DNA of 32,000 nt from Bacillus subtilis subsp. subtilis str. 168 (GTDB lineage: Bacteria > Bacillota > Bacilli > Bacillales > Bacillaceae). Under the pieces are notes generated by a model, which worked only from the letters and a program-made list of their open reading frames with translations, did no database searches and was not told the origin of the DNA. This document shows, piece by piece, positions 7,269 through 14,924 of this stretch (its first letter is position 1; each line of letters begins with the position of its first letter). A program made the position numbers and the translations under genes. The stretch is from contig NC_000964.3 of the NCBI RefSeq assembly GCF_000009045.1, forward strand, positions 2,550,001 through 2,582,000, read 5' to 3'.

Positions 7269-7683
7269 TGACTCTCCCGCTCCCTAGATAAACTGTTATG
7301 TCATAAACGGCATGGCCTTTTACTCGTATTTTTCCGCCTGCATTCGGGTGCCCTTTCTCATTAAATTCCAAACGGTCTTTTAATGTCAGCAGTTCTATAG
7401 AAAGTCCCGTTGCATACGGACGTTCAATAACCGTATCACCAATGACTAATTGATATTCTTTTTTATGAAAGAGAATTTTTGTTCTTTGTTGACGGGAAAT
7501 AGCAGTCTGCTGTGTGAGCATAATATCATTTTTCAGCTGACTTGCTGCCTGTCGGACAGCTGTATTGTCATAAGCAGGAGGAAGTGTAGTGAAGACGGCC
7601 ACCAGGAGGATAGAGGCAAGGCTTAACACAAGCAAACTTTCTAAAAGGGTAAACCCCTTCTCCTCGTTTAATTTAATGTTCAA
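7252..7683 (-). CDS. comGD: ComGD, minor competence pseudopilin, 143 aa
   Basis: The track ORF begins at 7737, inside comGC. The known N-terminus (M)NIKLNEEKGFTLLESLLVL corresponds to TTG 7683, which overlaps the comGC stop by 11 nt. Confidence 0.9.
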   Translation of the reverse strand: MNIKLNEEKGFTLLESLLVLSLASILLVAVFTTLPPAYDNTAVRQAASQLKNDIMLTQQTAISRQQRTKILFHKKEYQLVIGDTVIERPYATGLSIELLTLKDRLEFNEKGHPNAGGKIRVKGHAVYDITVYLGSGRVNVERK

Positions 7684-7969
7684 CCTTAACTTCTCCGCCG
7701 GTGATGATAATGCGCTTACCATTTGGACAGACAGCATCCTTTTTCACATAGCCCTCTGACTGTAAATCGGCAAGGCTCGGAGTTTGTCCTTCATGATCAA
7801 GCTCAAATGCAGTCATTTGTGCCTTAACCATGTTTTGTAAGCCTTCACAGCCCTTTTTTTGAATGGTTTGATTATGTTTCGTGACGTTCGGTATCGTAAT
7901 TAAAAGCAAAATCGAAATAATAAAGAGCACGATTAACATTTCAACAAGTGTAAATCCTTTCTCATTCAT
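7673..7969 (-). CDS. comGC: ComGC, major competence pseudopilin, 98 aa
   Basis: MNEKGFTLVEMLIVLFIISILLL is a class III signal peptide with G|FTLVE. Two Cys residues are present for the known disulfide. Confidence 0.97.
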   Translation of the reverse strand: MNEKGFTLVEMLIVLFIISILLLITIPNVTKHNQTIQKKGCEGLQNMVKAQMTAFELDHEGQTPSLADLQSEGYVKKDAVCPNGKRIIITGGEVKVEH

Positions 7970-7982
7970 CAGCCTCTTCCTT

Positions 7983-9020
7983 TCACATTTGATTCATCAT
8001 CTGATACATAGGCACAAGCATAGATAAATACACAAGTAAGATCATCGCTGCAACAAATCCATAAATCATTGGCTGAAGGATGCCTGTCCATTTTTGCGCT
8101 TTGTGTTCCAGCCGCTGTAATATGAATTGGCTGTATGTGAAAAGCTCCCGATCCAATCGGCCGCTCAGCTGGCCGTGAGATATGACTTTTGATAAATCAG
8201 TTTCATAAAAAAGGCTTCCACAAATAGCGGATTCAATTGACTCACCGGCTTTTAGCCGTTCAATCAATTGTTCAGCCTCGCAGCGGTAGAAAGGGAGAAA
8301 CGTTTGATGTTTAAATGCATTAAGGCTGTCATAAATTGAGAGGCCTGATTTTAAAAGGCTGCTTAGCTGCAAAGAAAAAAAGTAGCTGTTAAACAGCTTT
8401 ACAAGCTTTCCAACCAAAGGAATCCTGATACAAATCAGCATTTGCCGGGCAGGTGATTTTTTCTTAAACACAAGCCAATAATAAATCCCGATACCTGCTG
8501 TAAAAAGAACAAGCAAAATGATCACAAGATCAATATGCTGAAAAAAAGCAAAAAGCATATCGGTTGAACGTGAGGTTTCCATATTCATCGATTGATAGAT
8601 ACCGGAAAACTGAGGAATGATGATGGACTGTAACATATAAAACATGACAGCGACCGTAAAGATGAGGAAAAGCGGATAGCGCAGCACTCTTTTCAGCTGG
8701 TCTGCCTGTGCAATTTTTCGTTCCAGCAGCTCTCCGCTCTGGATCATTGAAGCAGGCAGTTCACCATGTGTTTCAGCAAAATAACAAATACCTACGGCTT
8801 CCTTATGAAATGACAAACTCTTTAGTACTTGATAAAACGGAGCCCCTTCCCTCAAACAAGTGACCGAATCAGTCAAGTCAGCCGCCTGCCTCTTATTCAT
8901 CTGAAGTTCCATCAGGCGTAATCCATCCAGAAGTGTATATCCGCCCGCAGTCATTTCACCGAGCCTCTTTAATAACCTGGCTTGATCCTTTAACAACCAG
9001 ACTTTTCTAATCTTTTTCAT
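7983..9020 (-). CDS. comGB: ComGB, polytopic membrane platform protein (GspF/PilC family)
   Basis: Track ORF 7983..9038. ATG 9020 (MKKIRKVWLLKDQARLL) follows GGTGGG and overlaps the comGA stop by 14 nt. The internal ATG 8954 (MTAGGYTLL, 323 aa) is the shorter annotation I recall. The start is therefore uncertain. Confidence 0.88.
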   Translation of the reverse strand: MKKIRKVWLLKDQARLLKRLGEMTAGGYTLLDGLRLMELQMNKRQAADLTDSVTCLREGAPFYQVLKSLSFHKEAVGICYFAETHGELPASMIQSGELLERKIAQADQLKRVLRYPLFLIFTVAVMFYMLQSIIIPQFSGIYQSMNMETSRSTDMLFAFFQHIDLVIILLVLFTAGIGIYYWLVFKKKSPARQMLICIRIPLVGKLVKLFNSYFFSLQLSSLLKSGLSIYDSLNAFKHQTFLPFYRCEAEQLIERLKAGESIESAICGSLFYETDLSKVISHGQLSGRLDRELFTYSQFILQRLEHKAQKWTGILQPMIYGFVAAMILLVYLSMLVPMYQMMNQM

Positions 9021-10077
9021 GATAAACCCACCGGTCATAGTTGTTTGTCGTTAAATAGCCGAGCGCAATTCCTTTTCTGATAATTTGACGAAGCGTTTGA
9101 TATTGGTAATTTGCATGATTTCCTTTTGCCTCCTGGATACATTGCTGAAGATTTTTCCCGTATAGAAGCTCATAAACGCTAGCTCTCCTAGTATTTCGTG
9201 ACTGTCGGCAATACACTGATGAACATCCGTTTTCACAAAACGGGCAAGCCAAATCAACCAAGCGCTGAGCCGCTATTGCAATGACAGTCTGTTCGATTTC
9301 ATTCATATTGATACCGAATTCAAGCAGTCTGTAAATTGCGCCCTTTGCGTCTCTCGTATGAAGGCTCGTTAGTACCAGATGTCCCGTCATCGCTGCCCGC
9401 ACCGCAATTTCAGCTGTTTCCGCGTCTCTGATCTCACCTAAAATAATCATATCGGGGTCATGGCGCAAAATTGCTTTCAGACCTGCGGAATAAGTTACAC
9501 CGGCTTTTTCATTCACCTGAACCTGAAGAACATCTTCGTCCCTTGTTTCAACAGGGTCCTCTAATGTGACAATATTTCGATTAAAGTGTTTTTTTGCATA
9601 TTGAACGAGAGAGTATAATGTGGTAGTCTTCCCTGAACCAGTCGGCCCGGTAAAAATGAGCATGCCATGGGAATGTTTTAAAAACGAGAGTAATGTGGCT
9701 CCTGTCTTCGGAAATAGCGACAATTTATCAATCGAAGGGATATTGTATTGGGGCATCACTCTGATCACGAGGCTTTCTTCATTAATTGTGGGCAGCGTTG
9801 ACATTCTTAAATGAACATTTCCCTCTTTCAACTTTAACGTAAGCGAACCGTTTTGCGGCTTTCGCCTTTCACCTATATCCATTGCTGAAAGAAATTTAAA
9901 ATGTGAAATCAGTCTTACGCACTCTTCTTTTTTCATGTCCCTTTTTTTCAGCAAGGCATGATCGACCCGAAAATGAATGATAGCGTCCCGCTCCCTCGGC
10001 ACAATGTGAATATCAGAAGCCTTTGTTAGATATGCCTCTTCAATCAAGTTTTTGCTTACCTTTTCTATTGAATCCAA
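9007..10077 (-). CDS. comGA: ComGA, secretion/traffic ATPase (GspE/PilB family), 356 aa
   Basis: The known N-terminus (M)DSIEKVSKNLIEE corresponds to TTG 10077, 7 nt after AAAGGAGAGGG. Walker A GPTGSGKTT, Asp box and His box are recognisable. The track start at 10098 lies within the RBS. Confidence 0.95.
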   Translation of the reverse strand: MDSIEKVSKNLIEEAYLTKASDIHIVPRERDAIIHFRVDHALLKKRDMKKEECVRLISHFKFLSAMDIGERRKPQNGSLTLKLKEGNVHLRMSTLPTINEESLVIRVMPQYNIPSIDKLSLFPKTGATLLSFLKHSHGMLIFTGPTGSGKTTTLYSLVQYAKKHFNRNIVTLEDPVETRDEDVLQVQVNEKAGVTYSAGLKAILRHDPDMIILGEIRDAETAEIAVRAAMTGHLVLTSLHTRDAKGAIYRLLEFGINMNEIEQTVIAIAAQRLVDLACPFCENGCSSVYCRQSRNTRRASVYELLYGKNLQQCIQEAKGNHANYQYQTLRQIIRKGIALGYLTTNNYDRWVYHEKD

Positions 10078-10103
10078 TTTGATTCCCTCTCCTTTCAACG
10101 CAT

Positions 10104-10182
10104 ATTGTAGAAAAAGAAGAAAAGGTAATCAAACAGGGAAAACGTGATTTTGTGAGATGTTATATGCTGAAAAACCAATTCT
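10104..10182 (-). promoter_or_regulatory. comG promoter with ComK K-box
   Basis: On the - strand: -10 TACAAT (10109-10104), 17-nt spacer, -35 TTGATT (10132-10127). Immediately upstream are two AT-boxes, AAAAcgtgaTTTT (10139-10151) and AAAAaccaaTTCT (10170-10182), separated by 18 bp. This matches the ComK box AAAA-N5-TTTT dimer architecture. Confidence 0.7.
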
Positions 10183-10240
10183 TTCTGGCAAGAAAAAAGA
10201 CTTTCAACTGAATGTACCCCTGTCATTATAATTTTCCCTA

Positions 10241-10275
10241 TAAATAAAAAAGCAGACATGGTCACCATGCCTGCT
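10241..10275 (-). terminator. Rho-independent terminator downstream of yqxL (corA)
   Basis: - strand: AGCAGGCAT-ggtgacc-ATGTCTGCT followed by TTTTTTATTTAT. The stem has a G.U pair on the - strand RNA but an A.C mismatch on the + strand, so it is oriented for the - strand. It lies about 215 nt after the corA stop. Confidence 0.8.
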
Positions 10276-10304
10276 AGATTCCATTTTCATTATGCTGTTT
10301 TCGC

Positions 10305-10487
10305 TTATTGACCAGTATCTTTCTCAACGGAAAGATCGCCTAATGCAACAATACCGGTCATTTGGTCATTTTCAAGAATCGATAAACTGCGGATTTAATG
10401 CTCTGTCATAAGCCCCTTGACATCGTATCCGGTCACCCTGATATGTCTGGTGAAAAAGCGGGGCACGCTGCACAAAATATGAAACAT
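10305..10487 (-). pseudogene. Remnant of a CBS-domain gene (C-terminal part only) with an in-frame TAA
   Basis: - strand frame: MFHILCSVPRFFTRHIRVTGYDVKGLMTEH*IRSLSILENDQMTGIVALGDLSVEKDTGQ*. The segment LMTEH(*)IRSLSILENDQMTGIVALGDL looks like the end of a CBS motif (..lM.eh.ir.lPv.d...l.GIv.lgDl). The internal stop is at 10395-10397. Not checked by any search. Confidence 0.5.
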
Positions 10488-10488
10488 C

Positions 10489-11442
10489 CTATAGAGTCCG
10501 CCTTTTTCGAGGTTTCTTTTTCTTCTTCCGCTCCTGCAGCATATCTCCCGTCCAGCCTTTTTTTCTCAAATAGAGATAGATCAGAACTGTAGATGTGACA
10601 ATCAATAAGAGGGAAAAGAGATATCCGTATTTCCAATTCAGTTCCGGCATCACTGAAAAGTTCATCCCCCATAAGGCACCCAGAGCTGTAATCGGAGTAA
10701 AAAGCGTCGTGAAAATGGTCAGCGCTTTTACAATTTCATTCCCCCTATGTGAGGTAATGACTTCCTCTGAATGCAGCAGATTGTTAAGCTCCCCTTCAAA
10801 TTCGCTGATGTATGTAAATCCCCTGTCAATCTTCAGTTGTGTCCGCTGATAATCCTTTTTCCCTTCATTTTGAGGTAAAAAGGTTTCTTTCAACGCCATT
10901 TCAATTTTTTTAGCGCTTAATATCAAATTTTTCCAAATCATCAGTTCATGGCGCAGGAGATGGACGCGGTTTAAAATGCTTTTGCTATTGTCGTCTTTAA
11001 TTTGCCATCTGAGCTTTCTCAGCTTGACTTCAAATTCATCAACACCGATTAAATACGCATTCATTAGTTCGCCGAGAAGAATTAAAAACCCCTCTATCGC
11101 ATTGTCCGCTCTTTCCATTTGCCGAACAACTTCTTTGCCTTTAATCTCTCTCAAAATTGAAAAGTCAAAGTTGATTGTAAAAAAATATTGTCTGGTGATA
11201 TAAAAGTGAAAAACAGTATGGTCTTTTTCTTCACCAAGCCCCTGATCATAAACAATCGACCCAAATACTGCTTCATTTTCCGTTTCAGTTGTATCTACTC
11301 GCAAAAAATTAACGTGATGGTTATTTTCAAACCACTTTTCACACTGAGGCCAGTGAGAAAAATGGATTAGATCTCTTGCCTTACTTCTTTCTTGAGGCCC
11401 CATTTGGTACCAAAACCAATCCTTTCCCGTATGTGCCTTCAT
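10489..11442 (-). CDS. yqxL: CorA-family divalent cation (Mg2+/Co2+) channel, 317 aa
   Basis: GMNF signature (ALWGMNFSVMPE) followed by the last TM helix. ATG 11442 follows GGAGGAG at 7 nt, while the track start 11457 is a TTG inside the RBS. It has an unusual Lys/Arg-rich C-terminal tail. Confidence 0.92.
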   Translation of the reverse strand: MKAHTGKDWFWYQMGPQERSKARDLIHFSHWPQCEKWFENNHHVNFLRVDTTETENEAVFGSIVYDQGLGEEKDHTVFHFYITRQYFFTINFDFSILREIKGKEVVRQMERADNAIEGFLILLGELMNAYLIGVDEFEVKLRKLRWQIKDDNSKSILNRVHLLRHELMIWKNLILSAKKIEMALKETFLPQNEGKKDYQRTQLKIDRGFTYISEFEGELNNLLHSEEVITSHRGNEIVKALTIFTTLFTPITALGALWGMNFSVMPELNWKYGYLFSLLLIVTSTVLIYLYLRKKGWTGDMLQERKKKKKPRKRRTL

Positions 11443-11584
11443 GTCAAGCTCCTCCAAACTTTTGTTCTTTATTCTTTAATTGCCCAATAACCGCGTCACT
11501 AAACCAGTCTGCCGCTTCAACACATGTTTTATGAGCATTTTCAGGTGGTATGGAATGTAGAAAGACATCGGAAAAGGGAGGTGC

Positions 11585-12913
11585 ATGCCTTCCTTGGAGA
11601 AGGCAGTTGTTTTGGAATTTATCAATTTACTAGCAGTCGCTATTCTCATTTTGTTAACAGGATTTTTCGTTGCCGTAGAATTTTCAATCGTAAAAGTGCG
11701 GCGATCCAAAATTGATCAGCTTGTCGCAAAAGGAAAGAAAGGTGCTAAAGCGGCAAAGCATGTCATCACTCACCTTGATGAATATTTATCAGCCTGTCAG
11801 CTGGGCATCACAGTCGCAGCTTTAGGACTGGGATGGCTTGGGGAACCGACTGTGCAAACTCTGCTTCGACCGCTTTTTCATAAAGCAGGCTTAAATGAAT
11901 CGCTTACCCACCTGCTTTCACTCGTCATCGCATTTTTAGTGGTTACGTATTTAAATGTCGTTATTGGGGAGCTGGCGCCAAAGAGTTTCGCCATTCAAAA
12001 AGCAGAAAGCATTACCTTGTTGTTCGCTAAACCGCTTATTTGGTTTTATAAGATCATGTTTCCATTCATTTGGCTGTTGAACCACTCTGCCCGATTGATT
12101 ACAGGAGTGTTTGGGCTGAAGCCGGCATCAGAGCATGAGCTGGCTTATACAGAGGAAGAACTTCGGGTCCTATTGGCTGAAAGCTATAAAAGCGGCGAGA
12201 TCAGAAAAAGTGAATTAAAGTACATGAATAATATCTTCACCTTTGATAAACGAATGGCAAAGGAAATTATGGTGCCGCGAAATGAAATGGTTAGTTTGTC
12301 ACTAGATGAAGACTCCATTTCAAATCTTCAGGAAACAGTCAAGCAAACAAAATATACACGGTACCCGGTTGTAAGAGAGGATAAAGATAACGTCATTGGC
12401 GTGATTAATATGAAAGAAGTGCTGTTTTCCATGCTGACGAAAGATTTTTCAATCAAGAAGCATCAAATTGAACCTTTCGTACAGCCCGTTATCCATGTAA
12501 TTGAGACGATTCCTATTTATAAACTATTGCTGAAAATGCAAAAGGAACGCACTCATATGGCGATCCTCATAGATGAATATGGCGGGACGTCCGGTTTGGT
12601 CACTGTCGAGGATATTATCGAAGAAATTGTAGGAGAAATCCGTGATGAATTTGATGCGGATGAAGTGCCTCATATCCGCGAACTTGGAAAGGATCATTAC
12701 TTGTTAAATGCAAAATTATTAATCAGCGATGTTAACAGCCTGCTTGGAACCGATTTATCAGAGGCTGAAGTAGACACCTTGGGCGGCTGGTTTTTGACAC
12801 AAAACATAGACGCTGAGCCTGAAAGTGCCATAGAATATGATGGCTACTCTTTTAAGGTAAAAGACATCAACAGCCATCACATTTTATTTATAGAAGTTAA
12901 AAAAGCTGAATAG
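11585..12913 (+). CDS. yqhB: CNNM/CorC-type transporter (DUF21 TM domain + CBS pair + CorC_HlyC), 442 aa
   Basis: 442-aa ORF, RBS AAGGGAGGTG. It has an N-terminal 4-TM DUF21-like region, a central CBS pair ([11 protein letters not shown]...[11 protein letters not shown]) and a C-terminal transporter-associated domain. Divergent from yqxL. Confidence 0.93.
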
Positions 12914-12934
12914 CCCGTGAAAGGCTGTTCAGCT
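12904..12934. terminator. Hairpin between convergent yqhB and rsbRD
   Basis: AGCTGAAtAGCC-cgtgaaa-GGCTgTTCAGCT overlaps the yqhB stop. On the - strand it is followed by TTTTT. The + strand tail is weak (gctatcttt). Confidence 0.5.
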
Positions 12935-12965
12935 GCTATCTTTCAAGATAAACATGGCAAAGGCA

Positions 12966-13802
12966 TCAACACTCTTTTATTTTAAACCCTTTATTGGCCA
13001 GGGCTTTAGCAAGACTTTGCTCTGTTTTCACATTCGAAAAATCCAGACCCAGCTTCACGACAGTTTGGGCAATTTCCGGCCTGATTCCTGAAATAATAGT
13101 CTCAATGCCGAGCAATTTGGTGCTGTCAATCACTTTAAAAATTTGATAGGCTACCATGGTATCAACGATAGGAACGCCCGAAATATCTAAAAATAAATAC
13201 GAGAGCTTTAACGCTGAGCACTGCTCCAGCACAGACTCCAAAATCGTCCTCGCTCTGTGCGTATCAATTTCACCGACAAGCGGAAGAATCCCAATTCCAT
13301 CAGTAATCGGCATAATCGGCGCACTCAATTCATTAATCATTTCTTTTTGCGCGTTTAATTGTATCATGGTCACCTGGTGATATTCTTCCGTAAACACTTC
13401 GATGATCTCATCAATGTTTTGATTCAAGATCCGGCTCCACTCATAAAATTCCTGAATGCTGATGTCTTGAGAAGAAGCTTCGCTGAATTTATGAATCCAT
13501 TCAAACATGATGTGCCTGAAAGTGTTAAACTGGCCGACACTTTGTGTAACCGTCACTTCATGAACGGCACGGTCTCTGGCGCATTGAAGAGACCACCGGT
13601 TGAGCTCATCCTCTACGTCTTCTTTTCTAAGGGATTTTGCTACGATGGTCACCAATAATTCATGCTGGTCTTTTAACTTTTGTTCTAGTTTTTGCTGATC
13701 TTTCGCTGAATACAGCCAGCTGCCGTTTGACGTACAAACTTCCAGCCATTGTTGCGTAATATCTTTTTTGTGCTCTGTTAAGTGCTGATCAAGAGCTATC
13801 AT
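12966..13802 (-). CDS. rsbRD: RsbR paralogue (stressosome component): N-terminal globin-like sensor domain + C-terminal STAS, 278 aa
   Basis: 278-aa ORF. The C-terminal STAS region (PLVGEIDTHRARTILE...DISGVPIVDT) is typical of the RsbR family. RBS AGGAGGTAAC. Position matches yqhA/rsbRD. Confidence 0.93.
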   Translation of the reverse strand: MIALDQHLTEHKKDITQQWLEVCTSNGSWLYSAKDQQKLEQKLKDQHELLVTIVAKSLRKEDVEDELNRWSLQCARDRAVHEVTVTQSVGQFNTFRHIMFEWIHKFSEASSQDISIQEFYEWSRILNQNIDEIIEVFTEEYHQVTMIQLNAQKEMINELSAPIMPITDGIGILPLVGEIDTHRARTILESVLEQCSALKLSYLFLDISGVPIVDTMVAYQIFKVIDSTKLLGIETIISGIRPEIAQTVVKLGLDFSNVKTEQSLAKALANKGFKIKEC

Positions 13803-13824
13803 CTTAATGAGTTACCTCCTGTTT

Positions 13825-13853
13825 TTGAAAAATGTACGCTATATATGTATAAC
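13825..13853 (+). promoter_or_regulatory. Candidate SigA promoter for tRNA-Gln
   Basis: TTGAAA (13825-13830), 17-nt spacer, TATAAC (13848-13853), about 35 nt upstream of the mature tRNA 5' end. Confidence 0.5.
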
Positions 13854-13888
13854 GCGTCTGCCTTTACACATACTATGTTTAGATTCAA

Positions 13889-13959
13889 TGGGCTATAGCC
13901 AAGCGGTAAGGCAATGGACTTTGACTCCGTGATCGTTGGTTCGAATCCAGCTAGCCCAG
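13889..13959 (+). tRNA. trnQ: tRNA-Gln (anticodon UUG); 3' CCA not encoded
   Basis: Acceptor stem TGGGCTA/TAGCCCA. Anticodon arm ATGGA-cTTTGac-TCCGT with U33 and A37. T arm GTTGG-TTCGAAT-CCAGC. Discriminator G is followed by TTTC, not CCA. Confidence 0.93.
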
Positions 13960-13973
13960 TTTCTGAACAGGTG

Positions 13974-14023
13974 AAAAACCGAAGATAAGCTGATTCGTAT
14001 AAATCAGCGGATCTTCGGTTTTT
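13974..14023. terminator. Strong bidirectional terminator (tRNA-Gln on +, mgsR on -)
   Basis: AAAAACCGAAGAT-aa-GCTGATT-cgtata-AATCAGC-gg-ATCTTCGGTTTTT, a two-tier stem of about 20 bp flanked by an A-run and a T-run. Confidence 0.9.
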
Positions 14024-14025
14024 CA

Positions 14026-14406
14026 TCATGCAGATTGATGAACCGTTTTCTTCTTCGATAACTTCAACAGTTCTCCCGGGTTATAACCAATCACCAGCTT
14101 TTTGTTGTCTACTAGAATCGGGCGTCGCAAAAGCTTCGGCTTCTCGATTAAAAGTTCCAGCACCTCATTTACCGTCATTTCTTCAATGTTTAAATTTAAA
14201 TTTTTGAAAGTCTGGCTTCTTGTCGCCAAAATTTCATCAATTCCTTCTGTCGTTAACGATAAAATGTACTTTAATTCTTCTCTTGTCGGGGTTTCTCTGA
14301 ATAAGTGCCGTTCGTTAAATTCAATTTGATGTGCTTTAAGCCAATGTTTTGTTTTTCGGCATGACGTGCAGCTTGGATATGAGTAAAAAGTTAATTGTTG
14401 TTCCAT
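14026..14406 (-). CDS. mgsR: MgsR, Spx-paralogue (ArsC-family) modulator of the general stress response, 126 aa
   Basis: 126-aa ORF with an N-terminal CxxC (YPSCTSCRK) and an ArsC/Spx fold signature. Recognised as YqgZ/MgsR. Confidence 0.95.
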   Translation of the reverse strand: MEQQLTFYSYPSCTSCRKTKHWLKAHQIEFNERHLFRETPTREELKYILSLTTEGIDEILATRSQTFKNLNLNIEEMTVNEVLELLIEKPKLLRRPILVDNKKLVIGYNPGELLKLSKKKTVHQSA

Positions 14407-14447
14407 TCGTTTTTTCCTCCTCAGTTAACCATCTCTTTGTAGAATAA

Positions 14448-14473
14448 CTACCCGGATCATTTTTCATTTAAAC
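14448..14473 (-). promoter_or_regulatory. SigB-type promoter upstream of mgsR
   Basis: - strand: GTTTAA (14473-14468), 14-nt spacer, GGGTAG (14453-14448). This matches the SigB consensus GTTTAA-N12-15-GGGTAT, about 42 nt upstream of the mgsR ATG. Confidence 0.75.
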
Positions 14474-14574
14474 CATTTACAGAACTTTTTTCGGATTATT
14501 TTTTAAAAAACATTCATACAATAGAAAACACAATCAAAGGGACAAATTCCATTTGTATATTAATAATGAAAATG

Positions 14575-14604
14575 TTTACATTTCTAGGTGTGATCTATTA
14601 TAAT
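14575..14604 (+). promoter_or_regulatory. Candidate SigA promoter for yqgY
   Basis: TTTACA (14575-14580), 18-nt spacer, TATAAT (14599-14604). Confidence 0.4.
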
Positions 14605-14637
14605 AACAGTCAGAGGGACTCTCGGGAGGGGATAAAA

Positions 14638-14883
14638 ATGAATCGCATGTTCCGGGTGTTAGGATTTTGGACGGGAATTTTTGCAGTCATGTTTTATTTA
14701 GGTGATATGAAAGATGCTTCCCTTTTATTTTTTGGACAGACGATCTTATTTGTGTTTCTATCGTATTTGAACTTAACCGAACGCATGTATATTTATATTT
14801 TTGGCGCTTATTTAACAATTTTCTTCGCCGGCTTTACATATTACTCAATTTTTATTATGGTGCCCGGCGGCGGAGGCCATTAA
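14638..14883 (+). CDS. yqgY: Small integral membrane protein (3 predicted TM), 81 aa
   Basis: The track ORF starts at 14566. ATG 14638 follows GGGAGGGG at 7 nt and gives MNRMFRVLGFWTGIFAVMFYL. Confidence 0.85.
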   Translation: MNRMFRVLGFWTGIFAVMFYLGDMKDASLLFFGQTILFVFLSYLNLTERMYIYIFGAYLTIFFAGFTYYSIFIMVPGGGGH

Positions 14884-14889
14884 ATGCAG

Positions 14890-14924
14890 AAAGAGACAAA
14901 CCTTATCGGTTTGTCTCTTTTTTT
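14890..14924. terminator. Bidirectional terminator between yqgY and yqgX
   Basis: AAAGAGACAAACC-ttat-CGGTTTGTCTCTTT followed by a T-run. The A-run on the other side serves the - strand. Confidence 0.88.

Noticed and set aside
10398-10672. Track ORFs 10398..10592 (+) and 10433..10672 (-) around the corA 3' end
   Set aside because: Both overlap the corA C-terminal TM region or the CBS remnant out of frame, and neither has an RBS. The region is better explained by corA plus the decayed CBS fragment.
13799-14029. 76-aa - strand track ORF spanning the tRNA-Gln gene and the terminator
   Set aside because: It is the reverse complement of a canonical tRNA cloverleaf plus a terminator hairpin, and it has no RBS. 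The tRNA call explains the sequence.
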